Below are positions 40,471-54,341 of a stretch of 64,000 nt of DNA, one piece after another. Within the stretch, counting starts at the first letter, position 1. The number at the start of each line of letters is the position of its first letter. The notes beneath the pieces are model-generated. The model was not told the DNA's origin, made no database searches, and saw nothing but the letters and a program-made list of their open reading frames with translations. Origin of the DNA: Eledone cirrhosa (lineage: Eukaryota); contig OZ024745.1 in NCBI GenBank assembly GCA_964016885.1, positions 63,426,001 through 63,490,000 on the forward strand. The letters run 5' to 3'. The position numbers and the translations under genes are program-made.

Positions 40471-42074
40471 AGCGCAACTCATCCTCTTGTATTCGTAGCC
40501 TTAGAAATAGTAGCCTTGTGTAATTAGATAAAACAAAACGTATGTAATGGCTAATGCAAATGCGATCAGTGATTAAATCAATAGAAAACCAGAGGAAAAC
40601 CATTAAACAGTATAAATAATTTGCTCGGAATTCTAATCTCAAACATATCCATATTCAGCCACACCCCTCAGATATTGTACAATCAATAGTAATTAAAAGG
40701 AAAATATATTGACATTTTACTTAAAATCCAGGAAGCTAATTATATATAAGTACTGGGATACGAAGAGGTGCGTGCACCGCTTATACTGGTTATATAAAAT
40801 GTAATTGAAATAAGGTTGTGGTAATCAAGGGATTTAATAGTTTAGCAATATGAGGTATAGAATATAAGATTACGTGACGTTGATGCATTTCAAATAGAAA
40901 TCCAAATGAGATTAATTATTGTGATCACTAAACTCTTAGTTCTACATTTTTTTTAATCATTCTAAAAAATGTCTTCTTCTCAGAGAAGGCAATAGAAACA
41001 AATTGGAATCAAACTAATAATGTCTTTAATGTGCTACCACGAAGGGCAGCTTACTAAGATTTGTCCCAAATGTATTGAGTACGCTTATGAAACATTAGTT
41101 AGTAAATGGGATTAATCAAGAAGATGGACAGGTAAAATCTTCTCTTTAATTTACAAAGAGAGTAATTTAGTAATATGCAGGAACACCCAAATGAACTGAA
41201 CGAATAGAATTATTTTTCTTTGTAAATTGCATAGAATCCTATGCAAATACATGACGAAAATGATTGCATTACTGCATGAAGCAATGTGTACGGAATTGCA
41301 GCAGACATTTGTAAACATTGCATAGCACAATTAAATGTATTCTATTCGTATCACCAGGGATTATTATTCAAATATATGGACTTACATTGTAAAATGTTCT
41401 TCAGCGTTTTCATACTTGAATATGTGAGGTGAAGTTGTTGCGTGATAAGTTATAATTCTAACTCTTTCTGTATCTCGGATTCGATTCCCAATTGTAGCTG
41501 CTTCACATATATACCATCACTGCTGCATAATGAGATTATAACCTCAAGTTGCAAATGTCACCGTTATGTATACGTAAATAACGGTTTCTTAATTAAACTC
41601 TCTTCGACAAACTAGAGTTTTGATGCCTTGCCTTAACTAAATGGAGTAGTGCAACACACCATGCCCTCATATGAGATTACAGTGTTACTTCCCTTGATAT
41701 CCAGAACTGATTACGGTTGTCCATTATCTATACACTAGTTAATATGTATTTTGCATTGGTTTTGACGGAGAATGAATTTAAATTTCGGGAATAAGCTCTA
41801 ATGATGTAATTGTGTGGCTATTCATTTCTATGACATTGAATGTGGCGTTCTAGCATGCGCATACACCGTTGAAACTCCTATCTGGCGCTCTGTATATTGC
41901 AACAACTAAACATCCCAAAACCTATTCTTCATCATCAGAATGATTCATTGTGTTATCGTTGATCAGTTTTGACACTCTACAAACTCAAATAATAGAAATA
42001 TTACTGCTGCAACTTAAATGATAGTGGAGCTACATTGATAAGCATCCTAGACCGCAGCAAAAATTGTGCGGTCA

Positions 42075-42492
<418 letters not shown>

Positions 42493-42554
42493 AAGTATGT
42501 ATGTATGTATTTGTTCTGGTGACTCGGAGAATGAATCATATATATATATATATA

Positions 42555-45520
42555 TAGTTAAAGAATGAAGAGTAACATGGTTGGCTGTTCAATAAGGGCT
42601 TTATTTAAAGTACTGACAATTGCTTCGTTGATCAGGTGAGTCTAGAGTTCGCTAATCGCTTGGGATTGCGTCACTCGATCTCCAATACATTATTTACCTC
42701 TGGTCAACACATCAGGGTACGTAGATATGAAAGTAGTTCACTCTAGGCAAGACTTATATAGAAAAATAGCGTATAATCAAAACAATAACATCAATAATAA
42801 AATACCGTATAATCAAAAGACTGGTTCAGCAAAATAAACAGTAAAAAAACATCTAACTTCGTACAGTTCAACATTAATGAGTACTACTCATCCATATCCC
42901 TGTCACCCTGGGTAAAGTGCTAACCTTTGCCCAGAAAAATTCGGACCTTACCTCGGACGAATATAAAATAATATTCTTCAACAAACTAGGCCTAGGTATC
43001 ACTTTCGAACTTAACTCTAAAAAAGCAAATTACTTAGATGTAACTCTCAACCTAAACACAGGCTGCTAGAAGGACTATCATTAGATTCGAAAACAGTTAC
43101 TGGAAACGAAAAAAACAGACAGAATATCTTCGATATCACAATGGGATCTAACAACTCAGCGCAGGTAACGGACTAGGTGGGAATATATAAAGCGCACAAC
43201 TTACATAAGGAATTCAATAGCCTCCAAGGAGGAATTTACAGAGACGATACATTCCTTCTAGCTAAAAAACTTTAATAATCAAAACATGGAAAGATTACGA
43301 AAAACATTAGAGTATTCTTCAACAAACTAGGCCTAGGTATCACTTTCGAACTTAACTCTAAAAAAGCAAATTACTTAGATGTAACTCTCAACCTAAACAC
43401 AGGATTAATAGAGCCCTTCCATAAGAATAACGAAAATCTACCCCACATTAGTTATAACTCAAACCACCCCCGATTCATAATTAACTCCATAGCACATAGT
43501 ATATCCCTCAGAATATCCCGCCTATCTTCGAACCTAGAAATGTTTAACGAACACGCAAACTATTATAACATAGCTTTACATAAGGTTGGAAATAAGGAGA
43601 TGCTGGAATAGATACTAGATAGAGACAACAACAACAAACCTAACGACAACAACACTACCCCCTCATATAGAAATAACAAGCATAGGACTAAGCATAGAAT
43701 TAGACAACGAGCACCAAAAATAACCGAACAGAACACTAATATAAGGATCCCCCAAAACTATAGAAGATCCAGAGATAGAAAGTACCTATGGTTCAATCCA
43801 ATATTCAACTCCTCTATAAAAACTAAACTACCTTCTACATTTTTAAACTAATAGAGAAGCACTTCCCTACACTACACAAATACCATAAAATCTTTAATAG
43901 AAAAACTATAAAACTTGCCTACTCTACTGCAGCCAACATAGAATCGCACATACGTAAGATCAACCACAAAAATATCTCTAAAGAAATTAACCTACCAACA
44001 TGCACCATAGCACCAAATACAAAACACAAACACATAACATCACAACCACAAACGCATCAGAACGCATCACAACAAAACATTAATAGACCTAAATCACAAC
44101 CCACCCACAACAACTTACAAAACCGCAACGATGAACCTGCACAAAGTAAAACCTCAAATTGTAATTGCCACCTACCGGATAAGTTCCCACTAAGGAATAG
44201 ATGCCTGGATTCGAGTATGGTAACTGTGTACTGTAAATTCTGGCAACTCTACTTGGCACTTCATAGGTACCACGGCTGGGGAGTTCAAGAAAAGGTGGTA
44301 CGTCCACAGACACTCCATGAAGAACCGTGGACTGGAGAACTCTACGACGCTCGCCAATAGAATCTGGCAGCTTAAGGACAAAAACCTAGAATATGAGATT
44401 AGCTGGTCAAAATTATCGGTAGCAAGAGCCTATATCAACGGAATGTCCCACTGCGGCCTTTGCAATTTAGAACTAGTACATATTTTAAGGTACGATGGGA
44501 TGCTGCTTAACAACAAAATAGAAAGAACAATTTTCTGTAGGCATAAAATAGCTACTAGATTCACAAACTTCGAACCACCATGATTTGAACCAGCAATCCC
44601 AAAATTAGTACTGAACCACCTAGATTTTAACATATAGAATACACACCATCGCACTGCTATTAGCTGTCAAACGGCCAACTGGTCACTGGATCATAAATCT
44701 CTTAACATTTCTTTCACCCTCTCTCCCTGAAACAGCATCAACCCCATTAAGATAGAACAATCAGCAAAACATTTGCAACAAACGTTTATCAAACGTTCCG
44801 TCATCCCTAGCCCATAAATCGCACACATGTATCCACCAATTAATCTCTAATTTTTATTTTATCTCTCACTACATCGGACCCTATACACGTATCTATGTAC
44901 ATCTCGAATCTGGTTTCACATGTTAGCACTAAACCCACCAACGAATCCTTATAAGAACACTTACTCAAAAACTACTACTAACACGCTCTCACTTATATAT
45001 TTATTTATATTTTCCATTTTCTAATTTTCTTATTTTTTTAATGTACCCTATCTTATATTTTACTTTTTACTTTTTACATCTGTAACTTCTCTACCTATTT
45101 ACTATATATGTTTTATTATTGATGTTATTGTTTTGATTATGCGCTATTTTTCTATATAAGTCTTGCCTCGAGTGAATTACTTTCATATCTACGTACTCTG
45201 ATGTGTTGACCAGAGGTAAATAATGTATTGGAGATCGAGTGACGCAACCTCACGCGATTAGCGAACTCTAGACTCACCTGATCAACGAAACAATTGTCAG
45301 TACTTTAAATAAAGCCCTTATTGTACAGCCAACCATGTTACTCTTAATTCTTTAACTACTATTACTCCAACTATAACCGGCATAGAAATTACCGCGAACT
45401 CGCTGCATAACTATGGAAGCATCTTTTTGAGTCAACAAAGCCGTACGTTAAAACCATCCACGATGCAGAGTACTCACAACCTCTAACCGGATTACCTATA
45501 ACGATAACTTGTTATCCCAT
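42555..45520 (+). mobile_element. 5'-truncated Penelope-like element with an inverted 5' pLTR, between (TA)n tracts
   Basis: RT: DWFSKINSKKTSNFVQFNINEYYSSIS, IFDITMGSNNSAQVTD, GGIYRDD, NYLDVTLNL, NSNHP. Linker WFNP...HKYHKIFNR. GIY-YIG: CNC...FIGTTAGEFKKRW...CGLCNLE...CRHK, stop 44583. Inverted repeat 42555-42802/45111-45358. Confidence 0.93.
45193..45303 (+). ncRNA. pLTR hammerhead motif with long helix II insert (mirror copy at 42610-42720, minus)
   Basis: Helix I GTACT/AGTAC; CTGATGT; helix II GTTGACCAG...CTGATCAAC; GAAA 45287-45290; palindromic CAATTG; GTC triplet (after 45298). Confidence 0.8.
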
Positions 45521-45564
45521 ATATATATATATATATATATATATATGGGATAACTTGTTATCCC

Positions 45565-45595
<31 letters not shown>

Positions 45596-46384
45596 AAATT
45601 TAAAAGTCTATATACATATAAACTAGACAGAGCCATAGATATATGCTGATTGTGAAGAGAAATACTGTATATATTTTATCGAATGATTCTATGGACTTAT
45701 ATATATACATGGTGAGTGTCCGAGTACGCCCAGTTCTTTGAAGAAAACAATAAATAGATATTGACAAAAACGTGTTATTGATATTGCTGACGGTGTCTAT
45801 CGGTGTAATATGCTGATAATAGTTTTTAATAATTTTGAATAATTTCGAATGAACTTACGTATGATTGTGTAGTGACCTACATTCCGCGGGCTCACATACA
45901 TTCTCTGTGCGTGATTTGGCTCAGCTCAGCCAATCAGCGCCAATAGAAGAGGATGTATCCCTACGCGTTCTGAGGGAGAAATAGCCCGCAAAGATTTGAG
46001 GACGCTATCACTCGCAGCTTCGACCGTGCTAAGGTAAACAACCATTTTTCTTGCGCCGTGAAATCACTAGGCAATATGTAACACAACAATTTAACCACGG
46101 CCTGGCAACGCTTCTCTCAGCCTGTAGCCCGTGTCTTTCTGGAATCTTAATTCGTTTGTTTAATTTCTCTGTTAATAAATAATGTAAAACCAAGCTAAAA
46201 GTCGTTGTCGATATTCCTATTATATCTTTCTACCAAACCTGGTTCCTCGTGGCAACATTACAACTTCTGAAATATACTTCTCCGCTAAATTGGAATTTAC
46301 ATCTTGAACCAAATTGGTGACTTATATTCAACAAAGAGAAACATTCCTTTCCTTTAATTGCATATACAGACTTATATATTTTAT

Positions 46385-46625
46385 AGGGCTCCAGCGGTCA
46401 CCAATGACCATGGTTTTGAACCTAGAAAGTTTCCCTCCGGAAAGATATTTTTGGGCAAGATATTTTTGTGGAAGATGAGCAGTCGCACATGCATACCATT
46501 CTCCCCTCTCCACGCCACCAAAGTTGTCCAAGGCAAAGGCAATGATAGGTACAGCTTGGCACCATTTCTAAAGCTGTATAGACTTAAGTAACGTGAAGAT
46601 AAAGTGTCTTACTCACGGACACAAT
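46385..46625 (-). mobile_element. SINE (second family), central and 3' part
   Basis: AACGTGAAGATAAAGTGTCTTACTCACGGACACAA is reverse complementary to 3085-3118; the 3' extent is inferred. Confidence 0.55.
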
Positions 46626-47566
46626 AAAAAATGTGAACCGTATGTATATATGTACTGTATATATATATATGGTTCGGATTGTTTTATCCTGTGCTAAAAT
46701 CTAAACGGCTCACGCCAAATGTAAGACGTTTACAGGATTTTAAACGAATGTATGTGGTATAAGGGACATCTGGATTGAGCACTAAACTAAGAAGACTGGA
46801 CCGTAATTCAACAGAAATTTAACTTAACTAAATGTCTAGCACAAATATAGAGAAAGTGTCAAACACCAAGACATATAGATTAACGGATATATTCATGTAT
46901 AGGTGTATATATACATTTTTATTATACATCATATATTTCTATCAATGTGATATACTTTAATTTTGAAACCGATAAAAATTGAAAACCAAAAGAAAATAAT
47001 TTTGATAAAAATGAGACGATGTATAAGTGAGAGAGAGAAAAGTGTATGTTAATAAGATTATAGATTATATAGATCTACGATCAATAGCTACACTTCAGTA
47101 TACACTCTAATTTCATTTTTCGTTACTTCAGCTTAGATAGACTGATCTCTGATGTCACTTTACATTCTTTTACATTTTCATAGACAGTTATCAATATACT
47201 ATTGATATTTTCTCATTTCATGCTTATTGTCAGATTTTCTGTGCCTTTGTTTTGTTTTCATATTTCTTTTACTTTAATGCCTACGTATTTTGACATTTTC
47301 TTTATGCACAATCATATTAATACATGTGGAAGGAGCGTGAAGTATGTACAGATATACATAATGCATTTCTTGACAGTTACCTTGGTTGTCCTGCATTATC
47401 AATATCCAAAAGGTTATTAGCCTTTTATTACGTCAACAGTTTTAAGTCAAGCTTAAGCACACATAAATATATTTATATCTTTAGCTTTTAATGTGCATAC
47501 TTTCACACAAACATACACACACAAACGCATACACATGCACAAATGCACCCAGAAAAAGACACACAA

Positions 47567-47597
<31 letters not shown>

Positions 47598-48674
47598 GGT
47601 ATCAATATAACATCATTATGTTTGTTCACACTTGAGGCGCGTTACACTTATCGATCAATTCAAGCTAGGATCGATATGATTCGACCCGACTCTAAAATCG
47701 ATAGCTCATCAGACTTATGGATTCTCGAAAACAGCCCAAACACCGCCTCGCCCCAGGCCCAGAGCCCATCACCCTCTACCCCTCTCTTTCTTCTGTGGCC
47801 CAAGAGTCCTTGATTTTTCTCTTCTTTTCCTCTCATTTATGTCTTTTAGAGTCTTATCCTCTACTTTCCATACAGCCAGATCTTCCCTTTTTACCCCTTC
47901 TCCTTTTTCTTATTACTTAATTCTGTTTTTATCTTTCTTTTTCATATTTATGTAAGTATCAATGGTTTTTAAGCCAATTTTGTGAGTTTAATTTGACTAT
48001 TAAATTCATTACATGTATCTTATATTTTCAAACTCTACGGCGACAAAATTCCAAAGAGAGAAATAAAAAACCTATTTAGAATTTCCTTTTGAAAAACATC
48101 ATACAAATGGCGGAATCATTTTCTAATAAGCCCAAAACGAATGAAACTCGGTGTTGCATTTTATATTTGCATTACTCTTACGAGACAGAAATTATTTGTT
48201 TCTGCGATAAATATTTTTTCTTAATACACATGCTAGATTTTGTGTTCATATCTATATTTTTTGATATCAACGTCTGACTGAATATTTTGAAAACAGAACA
48301 ATTACTATCGTAATGGTATAAATTTATTTTATCTTTTTTTTTAAATTGATGAAAGAAATGTCTGATAAATTTCTTAATTACATTTTTAGCACCTAATCTT
48401 TTTATTATGCTACAAAAACTAAAAATAATAAAGAAACATTACGCTATAGAATTATTTAGTGCATAGTCAACTCTGTGAAGTAAAATATTATTTTATTCTG
48501 AATGTGACAAATTTTCTCCTATTTCACTTCAATTATAGTTTAATAAAAAATAAATAAATAAATAAATGAGCCATTATTCTTATGCAATGAATATAATTGC
48601 GATAAAACAATCATTGAAGGGTTCGTAGATTAAATCAACCCCAGTATTTGACTGGTAATGTATAGTATCGACTG

Positions 48675-49171
48675 GCACTTGATAGTTTTGATGCCGAGGG
48701 TAGCATGACTGGAATGAGAATCAGTGCTGCGAAAACTGAGTCAATGTGAATGAAGTTCAACAGGAAGCAGACTGAGAAGTATCTCGGGTCGTGTTCACGA
48801 ATGATGGAAGACAAGAGGCTGAATTAAGTGCAGGAATTGCTGGAGCTGGTGCAGTTATGCGCCAGCTTCAGCATTCGGTAATTAGAAGAGAAGATGTAGG
48901 TGTAAAAGCCAAATTCGCAATCTTCAACTCGGTATGTGTGCCAACCCTTACCAATGGTCATGAATTGTAGGCAATGACCGAAAGAATACGATTGAGGATA
49001 CAAGCGTTCAAAATGGGGTTCCTCCGACGGGTCTTTGGTGTAACGTTATTTGAAAGAGTACATAGCTCGGAGACCAGAGAGTTGCTCTAGGTAGAGCCGC
49101 TACTTTTACGAAATGAGGCATCACAGCTCCGACACTATGAGCATGTGGTTAAAATGTCTCAGGAAAGAATC
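48675..49171 (+). mobile_element. RTE-clade LINE fragment (end of RT and C-terminus) nested in an old SINE
   Basis: KYLG..FTNDGRQEAE...KAKFAIFNSVCVPTLTNGHE...MGFLRRVFGVTL...VEPLLLR..SQLRHYEHVVKM. SINE halves at ~48620-48672 and ~49218-49320. Confidence 0.85.
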
Positions 49172-49454
49172 AAGATGGTTAGAGGATAACATACAAGGAG
49201 GAGAAGAAGAAGAAGAATGAAAGGAAAGTTTAACATCACTGAGATTTGACCTCAAAATGGCTGGAATTAAATATAAGTTTGCATTATGTCAGACGCACTA
49301 TCGACTCTGTTAATCCACTAGCATACAATAAAGTAATATTATGGTAAGGAGACCAACCTAACATATTTATAATCCAATCACAGTACGCAACGTTAAATAT
49401 ATTCTGTTCCTAATATCTGACAATTAAGAAATATTGTAAGCAGAGTAAGCTCTA

Positions 49455-49725
49455 ACCCTTTAAAAGACTAAATTACATCTTCCTGCTCTTTACTCTGCCC
49501 CAACAACCCTCCCGGGAATAACAGAGTCCCCAAACACTCCATCCAGCAGCTCCTGTCAGAAAAACCCGACTCCGATTGATCCGACTGGATCTCCAAGTGA
49601 GAGTAGCCGAACTCATGTATGCTATCCAACCATTTTGCTCAGGTTCAACACTGCATCTCATGCCGGTTGGTTTGGCTCGTAAAATATGTTCAGCGAATCT
49701 TTTCTGAGTCATTTTAACCACATGC
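49455..49725 (-). mobile_element. RTE LINE 3' end in the opposite orientation
   Basis: HVVKMTQKRFAEHILRAKPTGMR continues the plus-strand fragment. Confidence 0.75.
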
Positions 49726-52700
49726 AAATAACTAGGCCAGAATAGGATTCCTCCGTAGCTCAGAGATCAGAATCGATCCATGTCGAGCCGTTGCTTCTCC
49801 GAATTGAGAAATCACAACAACGATTAAAATAATTCTCGAGCATTCTGTATGAAACCCCCCTATAAGAACACATATTCTTCATTTCATCAGTATAACCGCA
49901 ATACTATATATAAGATAGTGTTTTGTTGTTTTTTTTTAATTTCATCAAAATGTGGTAATATATCAAGTAGAGTACCAATGACATCGAGCCGAGGAAAAAC
50001 GTCTTGAACTGCTAAATTTCAAACTGCATCTTGAAAGGATACATTTGATTATTTGATTTGGCATACACTATCATAAGACTAGTTAGCCATGGCTGGTAGG
50101 TCTTTGATCAGAAGTCTGATTTAGAACGACTAACTTAAGTGTAAACAATAACAATGACAACAATTGAAACAGCAGAAGCTTACATCGCTAATTCATTTAG
50201 AAAAAAAAATAACATGACAATTGAATGTTATTTATGCGTTCTAATTAAACCATTATTTATTAGTAGTGTCGTCTACGATGAAAACCAACGACGGTAAATA
50301 AAATAGTAATTTCAAGCTATGGAGTTACTAAGATATTAAGGCATCGTATGTGATGTTTTACGTTCTATGAACTCTTTGTGTTCTGAATTCAAATTTCACC
50401 CTGTTTCCATAAATCAGACGCAGTCTACTTAACCCTGCGCCTGATTTAACTCAGTGGGTATTTTCATTGAAGTCTATACTATTGCACACATTTCGTGACA
50501 GATCTCTTGTTTGAAAATGACTTCCTCCCCAACACCACCAGTCTCGTAAGCGTGGGAAATTGTCTTATTTGTTGCTTTTGCCTTCTAACTAAACGATAAA
50601 AATGTTCAGCTCCTGGTGTCGTTAGTGCGAAATTCTTTATCAATTTTCGATAATAACTATGTCACGTCACTTTAAGCAATATGTCCTTGCTTTGCTGTGT
50701 GGTATGAATGACACATCATATTATTACGCTTTTCTGGTAAACATGATGGTTAGTAGAGGTAAACAAACGTATTAAAAATAGATGAAATAAATGAAGCAGT
50801 TTAATTTCAATATTTTTGTCTTATTATTTTTAAATTGTACGCAGATATCTTTCTCCTTTAGTACAAGTTATTTCAGTAATAGGAAGTTTTAAATAATGCC
50901 GATATTAAAATGAATCTTTGTCAATATAAAATGTGAAAAATACAATCTAAATGTGTACAATATTAGAATTTTCTAATGCATTTTTGTGTCTTTGTTTCGT
51001 CTTCAGGATCCAGTTTAAAATTTTAATTTAAATTAGATTGTTGTTGTTGTTAATATTGTTGTTTAAAAACGAGCTAGTAAGAAGTAATTCATTTTAGCTA
51101 TTGTTTCCGACATGGCTTTTTCCAGTCCTGCCACACCTCGCTTAGAATGAGAAGCCCTGCATATAAATATTTTATGTATTTTTCCTTTTCTTTTATTCTA
51201 TGGCATGTTTTTCGTCTTTTTTATTTATTTTTAGCTTAGTTTTGTACAAATAAACAGCTTATCGATTTCTCTTCTGGACATATTTATAATATTGTTGATA
51301 TAGCTTCAGTAAGCAAGTTGACACGAAATTGTAGTTTTCGTGAAGATGATTTCTTCGCTTGTATTTTTATTTATTTTTTCCCAAGGAGTGTCATGTCAAA
51401 ACCAAAACGAAAAAGAAAGAAAAGAAACGAAACGAGAGTTTATTTCCATGGCGTGAGATGGTTTGAAATTGTTAACTTTAATCATGTGTCGAATATTGTT
51501 GAAATGCGTATCACTTTCATGAGACACGGAAAGTTATTAGTGAAATGAAGTAGCAATCAATAACATTGCGAAAACGAGATGTTTGCTGTGAATCTAAAAT
51601 TCAAAAATTCATTTCTACTGGCTTCTTTCCTGTAAATTTTATTTGTCTTCTAGACTTTCTAATAAAAATAGAAGGGATATATAGAAAATGTAGCATAGTG
51701 ACTTAAAACAGCAGCAACTGTTCAAACCGATTCAGCATCGACTTCAAACAGTTTGTCTTTCTGTTACAATATTGCAGTGATCCAACCGTCATTAGAACAC
51801 TTAACTCTCAACATATCAGCACGTCAAGATATTTACAGTTATTACAGGCTAGATATAGTGCATAATTGCAAGCATTGGCAACATTTATTTCTTGCTTTCT
51901 GAGTTCAAAACTCGTAAATGTCAACATCTCCTGTTATTCCTTTGAGTCTATGAATTTCCAGTCTAATCTGGGGAAATGTACGAAAGGTTAAAACGTCAGA
52001 TAGAATATCAGGTATTTGTTACGACGCTTTGTTTTCTTTGAGTTCACGTCTCATTGTTACCAACTTTGGTAGTAAAATTAATCGATCTTCTGGCAAAAAA
52101 CCACCACTTGACCCTTGGGACCCATTAGTGGCGATGGCTCTGTCGCATTTATACTAACCAGAACTCTTATTTAAGGATATTTCCCCCTTCCCTTCTCCCG
52201 TTAGAGTTGAAGATCCAATAAAAGAATCACAAGCATTACTATTCTTCCTTACTAAGCGATGCATAAAACTTTACAAATGCGACTATTGCTAGAAGTATAG
52301 AGTTATCCCTTTTCGTGCATTCAACTGTTATGATATTATAGATACATATCGGAAGAGTAAATAAGTTACACGTCTGGTCCAATGTCTTACATATATAAAA
52401 CTGTAGCCTATCTACTGGCGACTCTCCCACCACTATTATTGATGCGTCTGTTGTTTTCCACCACCTTCCTTCTTTCTTTTTTATTTATTCAAGTTCTTCA
52501 AGCCACTATCCTTATGTTTATATGCCAAATGTATGAGTGATCGTGTACCTCAAAATCACTGCTTGGTTTCAGACTGAACATTCACTCGCGGTATTCTTTG
52601 AGACAATTCTTCCAACACAAACGAATTGCTTTACAAAGACCTTTGTAAAAATGAAATAGAAATTAATGAAGCACCAACAACATACCTACCAAACTCTGAA

Positions 52701-53331
52701 AACCCAAGCGGAGAGTACCATGAAAAAAGTGCCCCGAAACGGGAAGAAATGAGGCGAAATGGGGAGATTTTACATAAGGAAAGCTATACCCATTTTCACA
52801 AGAGAACACATCTCTCATCCACCCCAAAATGGATGTGATATCTCCCTGTTGAACGGATAGGTTTGCAACAATAAGAACAGTAGAAGTATTTGAGAGAGGA
52901 GTAAAGACGGCAACGAAATCACCACGAAAAATGTTAGCTACAACAACTAATAATGAATCTAAATAATCGTGGGTGGGGAGAATCAAAACAGAAGTAACAC
53001 ACTCACAATAAATATACATTCACAAACTCACAATAAATATACATTAAGAAACTGAAATGCACCAGCACATCAAAAGATTCCAATCTTCTGATGTTATTAA
53101 AAAATCTTAATGATATACCAATGGAGCTGGCGACAACAACTGGCTACTAAATGGGAAACAACCCTAATCCCCAAGACTAAAAGTCAAAATCTGCAAACAT
53201 ATAGCATACTTTCCACTGACCAACGAAATATTACTTTAAAAAGCTGACCTGTTTCTATGGGCTATAAAATTTGATTTGGATTAGAAATCGATCCACGTAA
53301 ACTAAGCAAGTATGCTAATGTCATTCTCGAT

Positions 53332-53485
53332 AATGATTTCTTCTATAGGCACAAGGCCAGCAATTTTGGTGGAGGGGAAAGTCAATTAAATCGACCCCAG
53401 TGCATTACTGGTGCTTTATTTTATCGGTAAGGAAGAAAGGCAAAGCTAACCTCGGCGGGATTTGAACTCATAACGTAAAGGGGCA
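53332..53485 (-). mobile_element. SINE related to family 1 (longer 3' variant)
   Basis: Same box B and 3' end, with an extra TTTTGGTGGAGGGGAAAGTCAATTAAATCGAC segment. Confidence 0.8.
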
Positions 53486-54168
53486 TGATATTGCTAGATA
53501 ATGAAAGAGAGATGATAGAGTTGTAAAAAGCACAACACAGATATAGATATTCGGGGGAATCACCGAATTAAACTAAATTTAAAACTAGCAAAATACATTT
53601 GGAAGGATTATTCTAATAATTGGATAATCTGAAACTTAAAGTATAGTTAATAAAAATCATATGACAATGGATATCTGTCATTTAACTATCCAAGTAATAA
53701 AGTATAGTTATAATATATTCAATTAGACATTAAACGAATTAGCATGACAACCTAAGAAGAATGGAAATCTAATAAAAATAGCTACAATGTACAAACAATA
53801 CAAAGGACTGTTTTCTGTTTACAAAGAAGTCGATAAATAAAAAAAGATGTCGAAATATCAGACAATTGGGAAAAGAAATGAGAAACTACAACAGAAATTA
53901 TGAAGTTATTGAAAACTAAGTTGAAAATAGATTATTGAATACCAAGTTCCAACAATTACAAGAACATTTCATATATGATCTATACCTGAAAATGGTGCGA
54001 GACCAGAAACCACGGGTGGAGCGAGATTCAATTAAAATGATCTCATCTGTTTTAATGCATAATTTTATCCACCACAGGAGAATAAAAGGCAAAGTTGACT
54101 TAGGCGTGATTTGAACTCAAAGAGTATGGAGCCAGAACATACTGTCAATTCATTAGACAAATAATATT

Positions 54169-54341
54169 AATTGTTTCTACTTTTGGCACAAGGCCAGCAA
54201 TTATTCCAATGCATTACTGGTACTTTATTTTATCGACCCCGTAAGGATGAAAGGCAAAGTTAACCTCGGCGGGATTTGAACTCAGAATGGCAAGGGCCGT
54301 AACTCTATGCGTCAAAGCATGGTGTCTGACCCTCTACCGAT
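54169..54341 (-). mobile_element. SINE family 1 with a scrambled 5' junction
   Basis: Near-identical to 6052-6220. Confidence 0.93.

Noticed and set aside
52530-53280. Purine-rich coding-like region (ORFs 52626-52838 and 52663-53019)
   Set aside because: No recognisable motif; probably an old LINE remnant, but I cannot support a call.
53980-54025. CTGAAAA-TGGT-gcgag-ACCA-GAAA-CCAC hammerhead-like motif
   Set aside because: G8 is missing, and there is no NUH site in register or helix I; too decayed to call.
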